Positions 11,608 to 25,427 are shown, numbered from the whole stretch's first letter. The stretch: 62,684 nt of DNA, filler included, from Globobulimina sp. (GCA_003354225.1; 42 parts of 42 records of this genome joined end to end with filler, not necessarily neighbours in it), one strand, 5' to 3'. The notes: generated by a model not told the origin, from the sequence alone. Numbers and translations are program-made.

Positions 11608-11671
11608 TGTGATGATTGGGATTTGAACCCAAATCTTCTTCAATAAGCTGCTCGCATTGAGCTATCATCAC
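11608..11671 (-). ncRNA. Shrunken tRNA-like gene / pseudo-tRNA with Pol III signals
   Basis: GTGATGA-TA-GCTC-AATGC-GAGC-A-GCTTATTGAAGAAGAT-TTGGG-TTCAAAT-CCCAA-TCATCAC-A: perfect acceptor (7 bp), D (4 bp) and T (5 bp) stems, A-box and B-box-like motifs, followed by a T9 run; anticodon/variable region about 6 nt short. Confidence 0.7.
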
Positions 11672-11686
11672 AAAAACAACAAATCG

Positions 11687-11868
11687 ATGACAAAGCGATG
11701 GATGAACTCCTTGGTCGGCTTGCTGTCGCCCAAAAGGCGCTGGATCTTCTCCACGAAGCGGAGCGATTCCTGGTTGGCCAAACCGTGCAAAGGCCCGGCG
11801 AGGCCACACATTCCCGCCGCATACGACAAGTACGGGTCAGACAGGGCGCTGCCCACTAAATGCGTGCT
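11687..11868 (+). CDS. 5' end of hypothetical protein, possible organellar transit peptide
   Basis: GC-rich open frame [26 protein letters not shown] to contig edge; basic, acid-poor N-terminus. Confidence 0.4.
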
Positions 11869-11968
11869 NNNNNNNNNNNNNNNNNNNNNNNNNNNNNNNN
11901 NNNNNNNNNNNNTTAATTAATTAANNNNNNNNNNNNNNNNNNNNNNNNNNNNNNNNNNNNNNNNNNNN

Positions 11969-13364
11969 GATATCGATGATGAAAAAGATGATGAAAAAAT
12001 AGCAGCTGCAATACCAGAAAAAAAAGAAGAATTTGAAGAAAATGAATTATTGAAACCATTCAAATTAGCTACAATCTATGGAGATGCACAAAATGCTCAA
12101 AAAGATGGCTTATTAATGTATTTATACCAGCAACAAAACAAAGATTATAATTCGTATCAAAGTGAATACCAGAAACGTATAACAATCCAAGAATTAGACA
12201 ACAAAGCGGAAGAATTTGATGCAAAAGAGTCAGAAGAAGACGATGCCGATAAGATACCGAAAGACATACCGTCATTTGATTACGGTGATAATTATGTATT
12301 AAGTAATCATGAAACAAATATAATTGATAGTGGTTTAATAAAATGTTCATACTCATCCAAGCATTTTAATAAAAGTAATTCTTGGCGATATGGTAAACAT
12401 CACTTTAATTTCTGGAATAAAAATGACGAATACAGGTTTGATGGCGTATTGGTGGATGCCACCGCTGATAAGAAGGAAAAGGCATATTTCGAAGTAGAAT
12501 TAACATCGCATTTAGTACAACCCACTCATTATCGTTTCCGTGGTGGGGATAAAATCCATTTACCAGATGACATACCGGAAGATTATGCAGATAAAGAAAA
12601 GGATTGTAACGAAATGCAACTGACAGCATGGCGATTAATGGGATTTGATATCATTAAAACGGAATGGATTATAATCGACGAACAATTGATTACATCGTGC
12701 ATTGGTATGAAGACTGGCGATATATGCACAATTCCAAAGGACGTAAGTAAAAGAAAAGCGGCGTTTGATACTAAGATGAGAGTGGATGGGGATAGAAATG
12801 GCAGTGGGTTATGGTGTCCGTGTGGCGTAAAAATAGTAGATCATGGCGATGATACCGTTAATTCGTATATCTTTTCCAAAATGGGGCAATGAGAAAGAAA
12901 CTGAAGAATGGATTAGTATGACCTCAGAAAGATTGGCTCCTTTAGGGACCCATACTGTGTTTGTAAATGGTAAAACGCACCGATTGTATAAATTATCCTT
13001 TCCAGTATTAAATAAAATAAAATTATCCTTTTTTAATAAATTTCGCATCGTTCAAACTGGTATCTCATCGACTGGCTTTGAGCAAAAATTCAAAATACAT
13101 TCAATTGAGTTTTATGGTGCAATGTATCCGTTATATCATGTAAGGAATATTAAGCATGTGATATTAAATAATAATTCGCATTCAAATAGTAATAGTAATC
13201 CGTGTGATATACGAAAAGAGATTAAATTATCCAAAATATTATCTGATAATGTAATGGAAGAATGGATGTTAGATATTGACAGATTTTATTATATTACATT
13301 GTATTTAGAGAATAGAATTAAAATTTGTAATAAAAGAATAATCGAATTTTTTGAAAAAGGAATC
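11969..13364 (+). CDS. Discoidin/SUN-like (HECTD1-type) domain with inserted Tudor/MBT-like domain; one frameshift near 12850
   Basis: YFEVEL...QPTHYRFR...WRLMGFD...W and later FRIVQTG....IEFYG flank VDG....LWCPC.V / IRISFPKWG....EEWISMTSERLAP, which is split across two frames. Confidence 0.6.
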
Positions 13365-13764
13365 NNNNNNNNNNNNNNNNNNNNNNNNNNNNNNNNNNNN
13401 NNNNNNNNTTAATTAATTAANNNNNNNNNNNNNNNNNNNNNNNNNNNNNNNNNNNNNNNNNNNNTTAATAATAAGTGTCACCTTCTTTTCCTGACCCGAT
13501 GGTTCATTTTGTTGGAGGATTGCTTCAATTTGGCGTCATTAAAAAAGGTCCAAGTCCAAGTTGCGTTGTAGCATAAAACAAATTAAAAGCGATTAGAAAC
13601 AACACTCAAAATCAGCTAGTTCAATAAATAAATAGCAAACGATTGTCCAATACATGACAAAAAAACAACAAAATCAAAATCAAAACGAATGTATCAAAAC
13701 AACACAAAAAATTGATAACATATAAACATAATTAAACTTCAGACTGTGTGGCTATGCTATGTTA

Positions 13765-14860
13765 CTACCCAATATACTGCGTACCACCGCCTTCGCCTTC
13801 ATTATCATTATCGATCAACAAAACAAAGTCATCATCTCTTTGCCGTTTACTATAATAACATAACACAGATATTGTTACAGCACAAATACTGCCCACAATA
13901 CATCCCAATGTAATGAAAACCACAGCAACTGTTTTTGGACTTGATCTGGCTGTCGGCGATACACTTGTTTCTCGAGTGGGTGATAACGTATTTATAGCAC
14001 CACACATTTGCACCAATGCCAGTTCCTCGTAACTTGAGTTCCTGCCGCCAAATATATATATTTTGCTGTGTATAATACTGGCCGTTAAGCCTGACAATGA
14101 ATCGACCATTGTCAATGTATTTGAGTTTGTTATTTCTTCATTGGTTATGTCAAACTGATCGATATTATTTAGTCGGAACGAACCGCTCCAACCACCAATA
14201 AGGTAAATATAGGGATAATTATACACTGCGGCTCCGGCTGAGGAACCAAGGGATTTGACACCTAAATGTTTCCATTCCTTTGTCAATGTATTGTATGAAT
14301 AATATTTATTTGAATAATTATGAAAACGATCGTTGCCGCCAAATAAATATATGACATTGTTTATCATTGAACAATATTGCATATAAAGCTTATTTACTGG
14401 TAATTCATTGTCAATTTGTTCATAATGCCATCGATAACCTGCGATGTCATAGATTTGTATGTAATGAATGGCGGTGGCGGAGGAATCATTATATCCGCCA
14501 ACCATGAATATGTGACTATTATTTGTGGTTAAACAGCCACTGATTGCTGGGAATGGAAGCTGTGGTAAATTATTTTCAATAAATTCTTCATTCATTGAGT
14601 CAAATATGTAAATTTTGCCCGATGTATAAGAGCCATCATTAATGCCAATAAAATATGCCATTCTGTCGTTGATAACAACTACATTACTGATCATTGAATA
14701 AAATTGTGTGCTTGGTGTTGTTGCAATAATTTTTTCAAACCATTTGGATTCTATATTTGTGTTCCATCGATATATCGACGACGAATGAACATCTCCAACT
14801 GTTATACCGCCGAATATAAACAGTTTATGAGTGGTATGAAAAATACAACATGGTGGGTTG
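13765..14860 (-). CDS. Kelch-repeat type I membrane protein (5' partial)
   Basis: Repeated IFMVGG, IYLFGG, IYLIGG, IYIFGG blades, SPT linker, TM helix, short tail; frame stays open to the contig edge. Confidence 0.85.
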
Positions 14861-14960
14861 NNNNNNNNNNNNNNNNNNNNNNNNNNNNNNNNNNNNNNNN
14901 NNNNTTAATTAATTAANNNNNNNNNNNNNNNNNNNNNNNNNNNNNNNNNNNNNNNNNNNN

Positions 14961-15545
14961 ATGGCTGCAATCAATGCAAAATCCGCGGAGATGATAAATA
15001 AATTACAAACTCAATTGTTATTAACAAAAACGGAAAACGATAAGTATAAAATTGACGTAAATGCATTGCAAAATGAATTAAGAGACATAAAAAAACCAAA
15101 TCAATTAAATTTGGAGAAAATATGTAAACAAAATGAAGAAATTATGTGTAAGTTACAAGATGAAATAAAAGGGAAAGATTTGAAATTAATGGACTCGGAA
15201 AATAGAATAAAAACATTAGAAATTAAATTGGATGAAATAAAAAAAGAAAATGATCACAAATTAAATGATGCGTACCAACAAATTGATACATTTAAAAATC
15301 ATAATTTCCGATTGTCGCAACAAAATGAGGAACATAAACAAGTTTAGTTATAATTACATTTATTTTGCTATATTATTATTATTATTTATTTACATAATTA
15401 GTCAAATAAAAGACAACAAACAAGAATATTAACACTGCAAAAAGAAAATCAATTGTTAAGAAATAATCGAGATGAAACACAAAGAATTAATTTGAATCAA
15501 AGAAAACAAATTGCAACGTTACAAAACGAAAATAATCAACTCAAG
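14961..15545 (+). CDS. Coiled-coil protein, multi-exon
   Basis: K/E/Q/N-rich heptad sequence; intron about 15342-15401 joins a second coiled-coil exon. Confidence 0.55.
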
Positions 15546-15773
15546 GTATACATATTTTAATTTGTTGAATTTCACTGTGTTTATATTTATCATTTGTGTG
15601 TGTACAGAAATCCAAAACAAAAAAATGATGGAAATTAAATTAAAACAATATTCCTCTGATTATATTTAATTTGTATTTGTGTGTTCCTTGAATGAATTGT
15701 CATAAATTTACTTGCATAATCTTAAATTTACAGATCTTTTTCTCAAGAAAAACTATTACAGGCAAAACTAAAC

Positions 15774-16356
15774 TTGTTTATGGATGAAAAGGAGGTGCAT
15801 AGAGTTGTGCTGTTATCGACATGCGGTGTTTTGGTCCTTATCTGGATTATCTCACTACAGCAGTATTGCGTGAGTGATTTTTATGATAAACCGCGATTAC
15901 ATCGTATTTTATATGCGATATTATTTATAACACTCTCCATTGTATTAAATATTTTGGTATATTTATGTCTGATTCACCCGGATGCAAAGTTTGCGTCAGG
16001 AATATCGCTAAAGTTTATTGAGTGTGTATTTGAAGCCTTGTATGTAATAATTGCAGTTAGCATATTCCGTATCTTTCATTTGTGGTCAATTGACAAATTT
16101 TATCGGCAAATAAGTATGCCAACACCCAGGTGGGATTACTATTGCTTTAATATATTGCAAATCTCCGTCATTATAATGGTAGTCTTTTGTTATGGACTTT
16201 TTTATTTCAATGATTATGACGAGAAATGGCTGACATTATTTTATGTTTTTATAGCTTTCATTGTTTTAATTGAGGCAGTATTCGCCATATTCAATTTGCA
16301 AAAAATGAAGAATTTATTCAAAAATTCAAAGAAAAACGTTTTAATTAAATCGGCAA
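15774..16356 (+). CDS. Multi-pass membrane (7TM-like) protein, 3' partial
   Basis: Five hydrophobic helices in an open frame to contig edge. Confidence 0.6.
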
Positions 16357-16456
16357 NNNNNNNNNNNNNNNNNNNNNNNNNNNNNNNNNNNNNNNNNNNN
16401 TTAATTAATTAANNNNNNNNNNNNNNNNNNNNNNNNNNNNNNNNNNNNNNNNNNNN

Positions 16457-17551
<1,095 letters not shown>

Positions 17552-18114
17552 TACTACTCTGTCTACTCAAACATTGAAACATTTATTTATCATTCTGGTT
17601 CATGTAATATATATTTTTTTTGATGCTTGATATATTTTTTTAGCGTGCATATGGGGTTTTCTTTTTTAACTGGAAATGTGTTGACATATATGAATTGTTG
17701 CCGCTTTTCTTTCTAATTTAATTCAATAATTTCTTTTTCCGAGTTTCAAAGAACTGTTAATTTAAATGATTAATTTCCTTATTAGCCATTCTAAACAAAA
17801 AGCATTACGACCAATAATAACAAATATGAGTAATGAGTTATACAACAATAAANNNNNNNNNNNNNNNNNNNNNNNNNNNNNNNNNNNNNNNNNNNNTTAA
17901 TTAATTAANNNNNNNNNNNNNNNNNNNNNNNNNNNNNNNNNNNNNNNNNNNNATGTTAAAAGTGCTTGTCTGTCGTTGTTTGTTGTCGACATTACTAAAA
18001 CGGATTTGAAAACAGTTTAAATGTGAGTGCAAACTTTAGTATTAGTATAGGATAGCATTAGTATAGGATATATAACAATTTGTTGTATTATTTAATGGTT
18101 AGTGAGAAATTAAG

Positions 18115-18350
18115 TTAATATGTGCTCTCCCAGTGTGCAATTGGTTCATTGCCCATTTCAACATGAACATCATGATCGGGTACATGTACATGTTTTTTTG
18201 AAGGGGTTCCTTTTCTAAACATGTACAATAAAAAAGATAATACAATCACCACAATAACCAATACAATCACAATTACTAACCATATCATACCAGGAATTAC
18301 ATCCAAAGTATTTTTTTTAATTGTATTTGATTTAGCAATTCCACCAATGT
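18115..18350 (-). CDS. Small single-pass membrane protein, last exon
   Basis: Long hydrophobic stretch followed by basic residues and a short tail; AG acceptor near 18351. Confidence 0.45.
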
Positions 18351-18648
18351 CTATATATACAAATATGTGTGGTGTTTGTTGTTGTTTGTCAATAAATACG
18401 TCACGTCGAATTGAGAAACATTTTCGGTGAAAGTGAATGTAAATATAGATACATTAAAAATGGTATTTTTCTTGGTTCATTGTGTAATGATGTAATGAAG
18501 AAGTGCACTTTTTGTGCACTAGGCGACCACGGAGTGCACTTTTATTTATGCCACTTTCACTTTCAGGAATCACGTTTCTCAATTTAACGTGCGTACAGAT
18601 AGACACTCAGAGTGCATTCCAAATTCCTCTCGGGACGTATACTGAAAT

Positions 18649-19260
18649 TCAGTCCCAACTGTGAGTAATTGGTAATGTCCTTAGAGCCACAGTCAGATAG
18701 ATACTTGGAGCTGTTGTTGGATCAATTGTAGTTACCATAGGATAAATAGTTGTGGTTACTGAGGGATAAATACTTGTAGTTACCGTTGGATCAATGTATG
18801 TAGTAACTGTTGGATAAATACTTGTAGTTACTGTTGGGTCATCACTTGGAGTGACGGTAGGATAAATACTTGGGACTTTGGTTGGATAAATGCTTGGGGC
18901 TACAGTACTAGGATAACAACCTAATATCTGGCAATATGTAGCAAATGGAGTGTATAGCTCACATTTATATTCACTGTAACCAGTACAACATTGCCCGCCA
19001 TCTGGTTGAGAAAATGATAATTGAGCACATTGAGCCCAAGTGCTTGCTTCTATGGGACCACATGGTGCAGCATTAATATTACAATCAGATTGATAATATT
19101 TTTGTTGAAGAACATAACCGACACGCGATGAACATTTAATTGGGGAAAATGGCTGGTAGTCACCTGATTGAATACACTTATAGTCACCAGCGGTGCGGAT
19201 CTGCGATTTCGTAACTTCAAACAAACATAAAACGAACGCATACATGACTACAACTGCCAT
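18649..19260 (-). CDS. Secreted Cys-rich protein with Pro/Thr mucin-like repeats
   Basis: Signal peptide, Cys-rich domain, then 8-residue repeats such as PSIYPTVT/TSIYPTVT. Confidence 0.75.
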   Translation of the reverse strand: MAVVVMYAFVLCLFEVTKSQIRTAGDYKCIQSGDYQPFSPIKCSSRVGYVLQQKYYQSDCNINAAPCGPIEASTWAQCAQLSFSQPDGGQCCTGYSEYKCELYTPFATYCQILGCYPSTVAPSIYPTKVPSIYPTVTPSDDPTVTTSIYPTVTTYIDPTVTTSIYPSVTTTIYPMVTTIDPTTAPSIYLTVALRTLPITHSWD

Positions 19261-19447
19261 TCACAAAAACATAAATAAAAAACACCAACAACCATTGTTA
19301 TTAATAAAACACATGGCAACTAATGCAGTAAAGTTGTTGAACAACTTNNNNNNNNNNNNNNNNNNNNNNNNNNNNNNNNNNNNNNNNNNNNTTAATTAAT
19401 TAANNNNNNNNNNNNNNNNNNNNNNNNNNNNNNNNNNNNNNNNNNNN

Positions 19448-20339
19448 AGCATTTTCTCACATTAATTAATTATTTAACAGCATAACATACAATAACTAGT
19501 AATTGATCGCAAAAATTTGTGAAATTCCAGAAATTCCGCACACACCAGATGTCCATATTAACACTAGGACTTTCACAGAGCCGCAGGTACCAAATTATTT
19601 CATGTCTTATTCATGTAAAAATATGTTTTAGAGCAGCAAATCAGATTGTGACAGCAGCTTCAGCCGGATCAAGGGTTGGGTGTATTGTTATGTCAATGAG
19701 GGTCATGATGTGAGAATGGTAGCTGAATTTATGGAAGCAACTGGATCCACTCCCAGCCTTTGTGGTGTCAGTGTTTTTACAGGCATTTTTCAACTTTACG
19801 ATTTTCCAAATAAAAGTAAACTTATTATTACTAATGAGCAACATGAGGGAAGACTTATTCGAGACAAGCCTGGACATGAATATTGGACGGCTGTTGTCAC
19901 TGAAATTGATCAAGAAGGTAAATATCATGAACAAGCACAGATGGTACTACCAGAAGAACATTATAGAAATTTGGAGAGACATGTGAAACAGGTAAAAAGG
20001 TTTGCATGCTTCGGAAAAGAAATGTGAATTCATGAGATGAATTTTTTTACCAAAATTTAATTTGTTATGCATAAATGCAACTTCTGAATTTCGATTATTA
20101 TTTATTTGCGTTTTTTCAATATAGCCAGCCTAAGCTTAAAGTAGCTCCTTGACAGATCAAAAAACTATGTCGCTTTCAGGGAAACAACAGGTACAAAGGT
20201 ATGCATGAAAAAATGCAAGATGTGGTTCTAAAGTCATATTCGAGAAATAAGAACTAAATAAATTTCACAAATTTTTGCGATCAATTACTAGTTATTGTAT
20301 GTTATGCTGTTAAATAATTAATTAATGTGAGAAAATGCT
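19448..20339. repeat. 79-bp perfect inverted repeat enclosing exon-like sequence
   Basis: 19448-19526 is the exact reverse complement of 20261-20339; the left arm abuts the contig edge. Confidence 0.95.
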
Positions 20340-20540
20340 TATTGTGATATTACTTCGATCTATTTTTGTTCACTCTCAAAAGAAAGTAATTTTTGTACAA
20401 CTTCTCTAACAGCTTACTTGATCCGCTTCATAAAAAAGGGTTTTTTTGGAAACGGCGACAATATGCATTGTTGTGACTTTTTATACTTTGAGATTACTTG
20501 TGGAGCATTACTGAATATGTTTTTTGAAAAATGATAATGA

Positions 20541-20842
20541 TTTTCGAAATCTGCATTAAAAACTGGGCAAGAAAACCTAATTTTATAATAAAATTCGTTA
20601 AAAAATTTTTTTGGCCCTTGGTGACTTCGTTCCCGATGGAGCATTATCGAACGATTTTCATAAAAAACGACTATCGTTTTCGAACTCAGCGTTAAAAACT
20701 GCGTCAGGAACCAAATTTTCAAGGGGAGAGATTGAAATTTTTTTTTTGACATGGGTAATTTTTTCAAAATTTGGTCACCTCTGCGGCGTTACATAATAAG
20801 GTTTGAAAAAAATCGTTATGATTTTCGAACTCAGCATCAAAA
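20541..20842. repeat. Degenerate repeated motif, transposon-subterminal-like
   Basis: TTTTCGAA(A/C)TC(T/A)GC(A/G)T(T/C)AAAA at 20541, 20677 and 20822. Confidence 0.6.
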
Positions 20843-20942
20843 NNNNNNNNNNNNNNNNNNNNNNNNNNNNNNNNNNNNNNNNNNNNTTAATTAATTAANN
20901 NNNNNNNNNNNNNNNNNNNNNNNNNNNNNNNNNNNNNNNNNN

Positions 20943-22157
20943 GCACCAGAACGGTTTCGGCAACACACCGGCGCAGAATTGAAGAAATCCGATGTCTGGG
21001 CCATTGGCGTGATTATGTTCGAGATGTTGACGGGTTGTCGGTGTTTCAATGGCGGCGACAATCAATGGCAAGTTCGTAATAATGTGTTGAACAAAGAGAT
21101 GGAGGAATGGCCTCCGAACTTAATATTATCGGGCAATGCCATGGATTTCTTCAATAAATTATTAGAATATGAACCGTTGAAACGATATTCCTGTCAACAG
21201 GCTTTGCGACATGATTGGTTTTCGGATATATTTCACAATAATCAGAACTTCCACGTCTCGCCGCGACTAACTCCTTTGCAGAATGCAGTGAAATCTGCGA
21301 AGAATAACGAGTCTATGCAAGCGATTGTGATTAAAACCTCGCAGTCGATGACCAATTTGCAGGCTGCAATCGAGCAGCAAATGGATGCTCGAATTAAAAG
21401 GAAGAAAATCGAGAGGAAATATAAAGACATCAATACGAATGTCACTGGTAATCATAGCAACAATAACAACGATGATACCAACAATACCAACAACACTGAA
21501 AACGAAGAGAAAGTGACTGAGAATGCACTAAATGCAGTGCCCTGGAAATTGAGTATAACGCGCAAGAAATCACGCTCATTGACACAGAATGAATTGCGTG
21601 CAACGTTGCGTGGTAAGGACGCGAATGGCACATTTCAGAGGTTGTCATTGCCGAAACACGGCGATAAGTATCGTATAAAGCATAGGTCACAGACCTTAGG
21701 CTCGCGTAATGCTATAAACACGTCAGAAACGCAAGCGATAAATCTAAACACAAACATATTGGCGCACGCAGAGGAGAGCCCATTGCAAGCCAAGAAGCCA
21801 GACGATGGCAATGAAGAGGAGATTGAAGATCTGATTGTGTTGAAACATGAGAAATCATTGTCGTCGCCGGCTATGATCATATCCATCAATAACAGTGTGG
21901 TGAAAGGCTATCTTCCCTCGCCCGTTCATGAGGATTCTGAGCTGAATGACAGTGTTGATGTTGACAGTATGCATAGCTATCAATGGCGGCATATGCATAC
22001 GCACACAAATAGCAAATCGTCCTATTTTGGACAGCCCCAACAATCTGTGTCCTATTCAGCCAATAATAATCATGCCAATCATGAGAAAAACAACTCATTC
22101 TCTATGAACTCCACCATCTCAGATACTGAAGATAAGCAATTGATTAATATTGATTGA
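20943..22157 (+). CDS. Ser/Thr protein kinase C-lobe (CAMK-like) with long low-complexity tail, 5' partial
   Basis: Contig opens with APE, then SDVWAIGVIMFEMLTG and P.KRYSCQQALRHDWF (subdomains VIII-XI). Confidence 0.92.
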   Translation, partial: APERFRQHTGAELKKSDVWAIGVIMFEMLTGCRCFNGGDNQWQVRNNVLNKEMEEWPPNLILSGNAMDFFNKLLEYEPLKRYSCQQALRHDWFSDIFHNNQNFHVSPRLTPLQNAVKSAKNNESMQAIVIKTSQSMTNLQAAIEQQMDARIKRKKIERKYKDINTNVTGNHSNNNNDDTNNTNNTENEEKVTENALNAVPWKLSITRKKSRSLTQNELRATLRGKDANGTFQRLSLPKHGDKYRIKHRSQTLGSRNAINTSETQAINLNTNILAHAEESPLQAKKPDDGNEEEIEDLIVLKHEKSLSSPAMIISINNSVVKGYLPSPVHEDSELNDSVDVDSMHSYQWRHMHTHTNSKSSYFGQPQQSVSYSANNNHANHEKNNSFSMNSTISDTEDKQLINID

Positions 22158-22476
22158 TATATTTGTATACGTATAGTGTTTAAATATAATTTATTTTTAC
22201 TTAAATATTGTTTAAATATATTCAGTTCACTCTTATTTAAGTATTGTATTCAAACATATCTTTTTGAAAATGATTTTGAGCCTTCGATCGCCAGATATTC
22301 AGTACATATTTTTGTTTGTTTGTTTGCATCATTTTCTNNNNNNNNNNNNNNNNNNNNNNNNNNNNNNNNNNNNNNNNNNNNTTAATTAATTAANNNNNNN
22401 NNNNNNNNNNNNNNNNNNNNNNNNNNNNNNNNNNNNNCAACACAAAGCAATTTTTCCAAGCCAAAACTTTGATTGA

Positions 22477-22886
22477 ATGGCTGATCAAGCAGAGTCTGCC
22501 GAGAATAATGAAGAAAAAGAGGAGATTAAAAAGGAAATAATATCAAATGGAACAACTATTGTACCAAATCCAATTAATCCAGTCCACAAATTGCCAGTTC
22601 GACGATATTTGGATCAAACAATTGTACCAATATTATTGGCCGGAATGACGCACCTAGTAAAAGAAAGGTATATTATTTGTTTTGAAAATATTTTTAATAA
22701 TAAATACATGCATATTAAATGTGCGTATATAGACCAACCGATCCAATTGAATATTTAGCACATTATTTGTTAAAAAATAATCCAAATTCAAACACAAATA
22801 TTCAACATCAGCAACAAAGCGACTCAGATCTTAATAATCAACAAGACAGCAATTGCAATAATGATCTACAAAATGAACAAAAATAA
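22477..22886 (+). CDS. DPY30: Dpy-30 domain protein (2 exons)
   Basis: LPVRRYLDQTIVPILLAGMTHLVKER/PTDPIEYLAHYLLKNN after removing intron 22668-22732. Confidence 0.9.
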
Positions 22887-23205
22887 ATTGTTTAAATTTT
22901 CAAGACTAATTTGGCGTGGGATTTAGTGATTGTTTGTTCAGTGATTGTTTTTTTAACAATATTTAAATTTAACAGCCAGAAAATTTTAAAACCAGACAGA
23001 CCTCGCTTTTTTTCATGATAATTATCATCTGCTGATACGTTGTATGTGTGCAAGGATAATAAACAAATTGGAGATTTTAATGACAGCCACTGAAATCTGA
23101 TCGAAAAATGTACAAATATTAATATATAATCAGTCAATCAATCAATCAATAACACATTAAATATAATAAACAACACAAAGAAGTGAAAGAACCAAAGAAG
23201 AGAAA

Positions 23206-23832
23206 CTAATCAATCAATGTTTTGTTTTTAGGTACATTCAGCACTAAATGTAGTAATTTATGTTTCTTAGCAATTAAATTCAAAGATTTAATATATTTTT
23301 TTAAGCTATGATCTTTCAACGACGCCCTCGATGGCAACAATGCTTTCTCTCTTTTCGACGGCGCATTGATCATATTTCCATGATGATCAATGATGATCTC
23401 CCAACCCGCATGTTTATAGTATGCGAACCCGCGCGGTATCGTAGTCACAATGTCGCCTCTAAACACCACGCGGTACAAATGCTTAATGCGGCGACTCAAA
23501 AAAACACTAAACTCCCGATCACCGACACGCGGACAGCCAAAAACATATATTGTTATTTCGGATTTATGTCCAAATAATATCTCCAAACACAATCCACATA
23601 ATTGCGCCAAGGCGCCGCCCAACGAATGTCCAGTGATGAAAAATCGAGCCGTTTTCTTATTTTTGATGATCGAGCAATATGTTCGCAATATGGTTTGTAA
23701 TAATTCCTGCCGAATATCAAAAAAAGACTGATAAAATCCAGAATGTATCTTCATACACGGTATGTTTAACGCATTTATCTTATCCGAAATAATGCATTTC
23801 CGCACACAGCTTTTCCACTCCATGGAGCTCAA
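23206..23832 (-). CDS. Class 3 lipase (5' partial)
   Basis: IHSGFY, ITGHSLGGALA, FGCPRVGD, DIVTTIP, Y.HAG, DHSL..Y. Confidence 0.93.
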   Translation of the reverse strand: MSSMEWKSCVRKCIISDKINALNIPCMKIHSGFYQSFFDIRQELLQTILRTYCSIIKNKKTARFFITGHSLGGALAQLCGLCLEILFGHKSEITIYVFGCPRVGDREFSVFLSRRIKHLYRVVFRGDIVTTIPRGFAYYKHAGWEIIIDHHGNMINAPSKREKALLPSRASLKDHSLKKYIKSLNLIAKKHKLLHLVLNVPKNKTLID

Positions 23833-23932
23833 NNNNNNNNNNNNNNNNNNNNNNNNNNNNNNNNNNNNNNNNNNNNTTAATTAATTAANNNNNNNNNNNN
23901 NNNNNNNNNNNNNNNNNNNNNNNNNNNNNNNN

Positions 23933-24192
23933 GTGAATTTTGTAGCGACATCACCTTGTTCGAATATGACCTCATTTTTTTTAAGGGTCCGAATAGTTGT
24001 CAGTTTTGACAGCTCCAATAGTAATTCATGGCTCAGTTCCTTAAACAACTCGAGTGTTTTTAATGTGGCAACTCTGATCTCATGATCAAATTTTTTGTTG
24101 GCCGGTGAAATTTTCATAGGGAAACGCTTTTTGAGTTTTTTACTATTACTATCTTGAAAACAAAACAGGCGCCTTTTCAGGAAATAACCCAC
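23933..24192 (-). CDS. Cyclic-nucleotide-binding domain protein (3' partial)
   Basis: LKTLELFKELS..LL.ELS......LKKNEVIFEQGD.ATKF is the start of a cNMP domain. Confidence 0.8.
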
Positions 24193-25427
24193 GAAAGGAT
24201 AAAACCCGCACCGTTCTTATGTTGCTTCGAATACTTTGCAGTTCTCAGAAACAGTGATGTCTGTATTTTTTAAAACTTATATGATCTCAAACAATAAATC
24301 AATAAATTACAACAAAAACTGACGGAATTCATAGGCCAAAATCTAATAGTCTATTAATAACAGTTATATATGAATTTTGGTTTATATTAAACCACAAATT
24401 ATTATTATTGATTGGTCCATGTACCAATTAATAACTGTTAATATTAATTTTAAATTATATTACCCGTTTCTCCCGTTTGTCTGAAAAAAGCCTGACAACC
24501 ACATACAATCAACACTTGATATTAAAATTATTGGAAATGTAATGTATGATATTTCGGAGTATTATAATGTAAAATATATTATAATGTAAAATTGGTCTAT
24601 CAACAGATGAAATTCATGGAATGGATATGGTTTGGGACTTATTTGAAGAATTCAATATTAAATTAAACGATTATAAAATGATTGATACATTTTGTGATAT
24701 TGGTATTGAGCATGGAAAATTTGGATATTATCCAGATGATGAACTTGGTGAACCAGAATATTTATCTTTATCACCGTTTATCGGTATTACTGTTAAAGGT
24801 TGTAGCTGTATTCAGGAATTCAAGCGATTTTTGCAAATCTTGTGATAATTGTGTCAATAATATGAGGTTATACAATATATCGTACATAAAAATATTCAGA
24901 AATGAAAAGTAGCATTTTAAAACCAGAAATTACTAAACTGAAAATAGTACAGATATAATTGGAGTCATTTGACATTATCAAAATTGTAAAAACATTTTGA
25001 TCCCATGAATAGTTGTCATGTTTATAATACATATAATTGTATTGACTGAGTATTTAGCAAAACCATCCTGAAAACGTCAAGCTTTAGAAATGGATCGATT
25101 GTATTATATATATATCAACCTCATATCCCAAATAAAATCATAATCACTGCAGACACACACTGCAGTCAAACTATTGACCTAATTTTCATTGTGGTAATCA
25201 GACTTCAACTTGTGAAGTTGATCGCTCACCACAATAAATTAGCTCACTCCAAAAGTTGTGACTGATCATGAAGTGATCATAAAATCAAAACATCTCGATT
25301 TCGACTATCGTAGATCGATCCAACGTCNNNNNNNNNNNNNNNNNNNNNNNNNNNNNNNNNNNNNNNNNNNNTTAATTAATTAANNNNNNNNNNNNNNNNN
25401 NNNNNNNNNNNNNNNNNNNNNNNNNNN

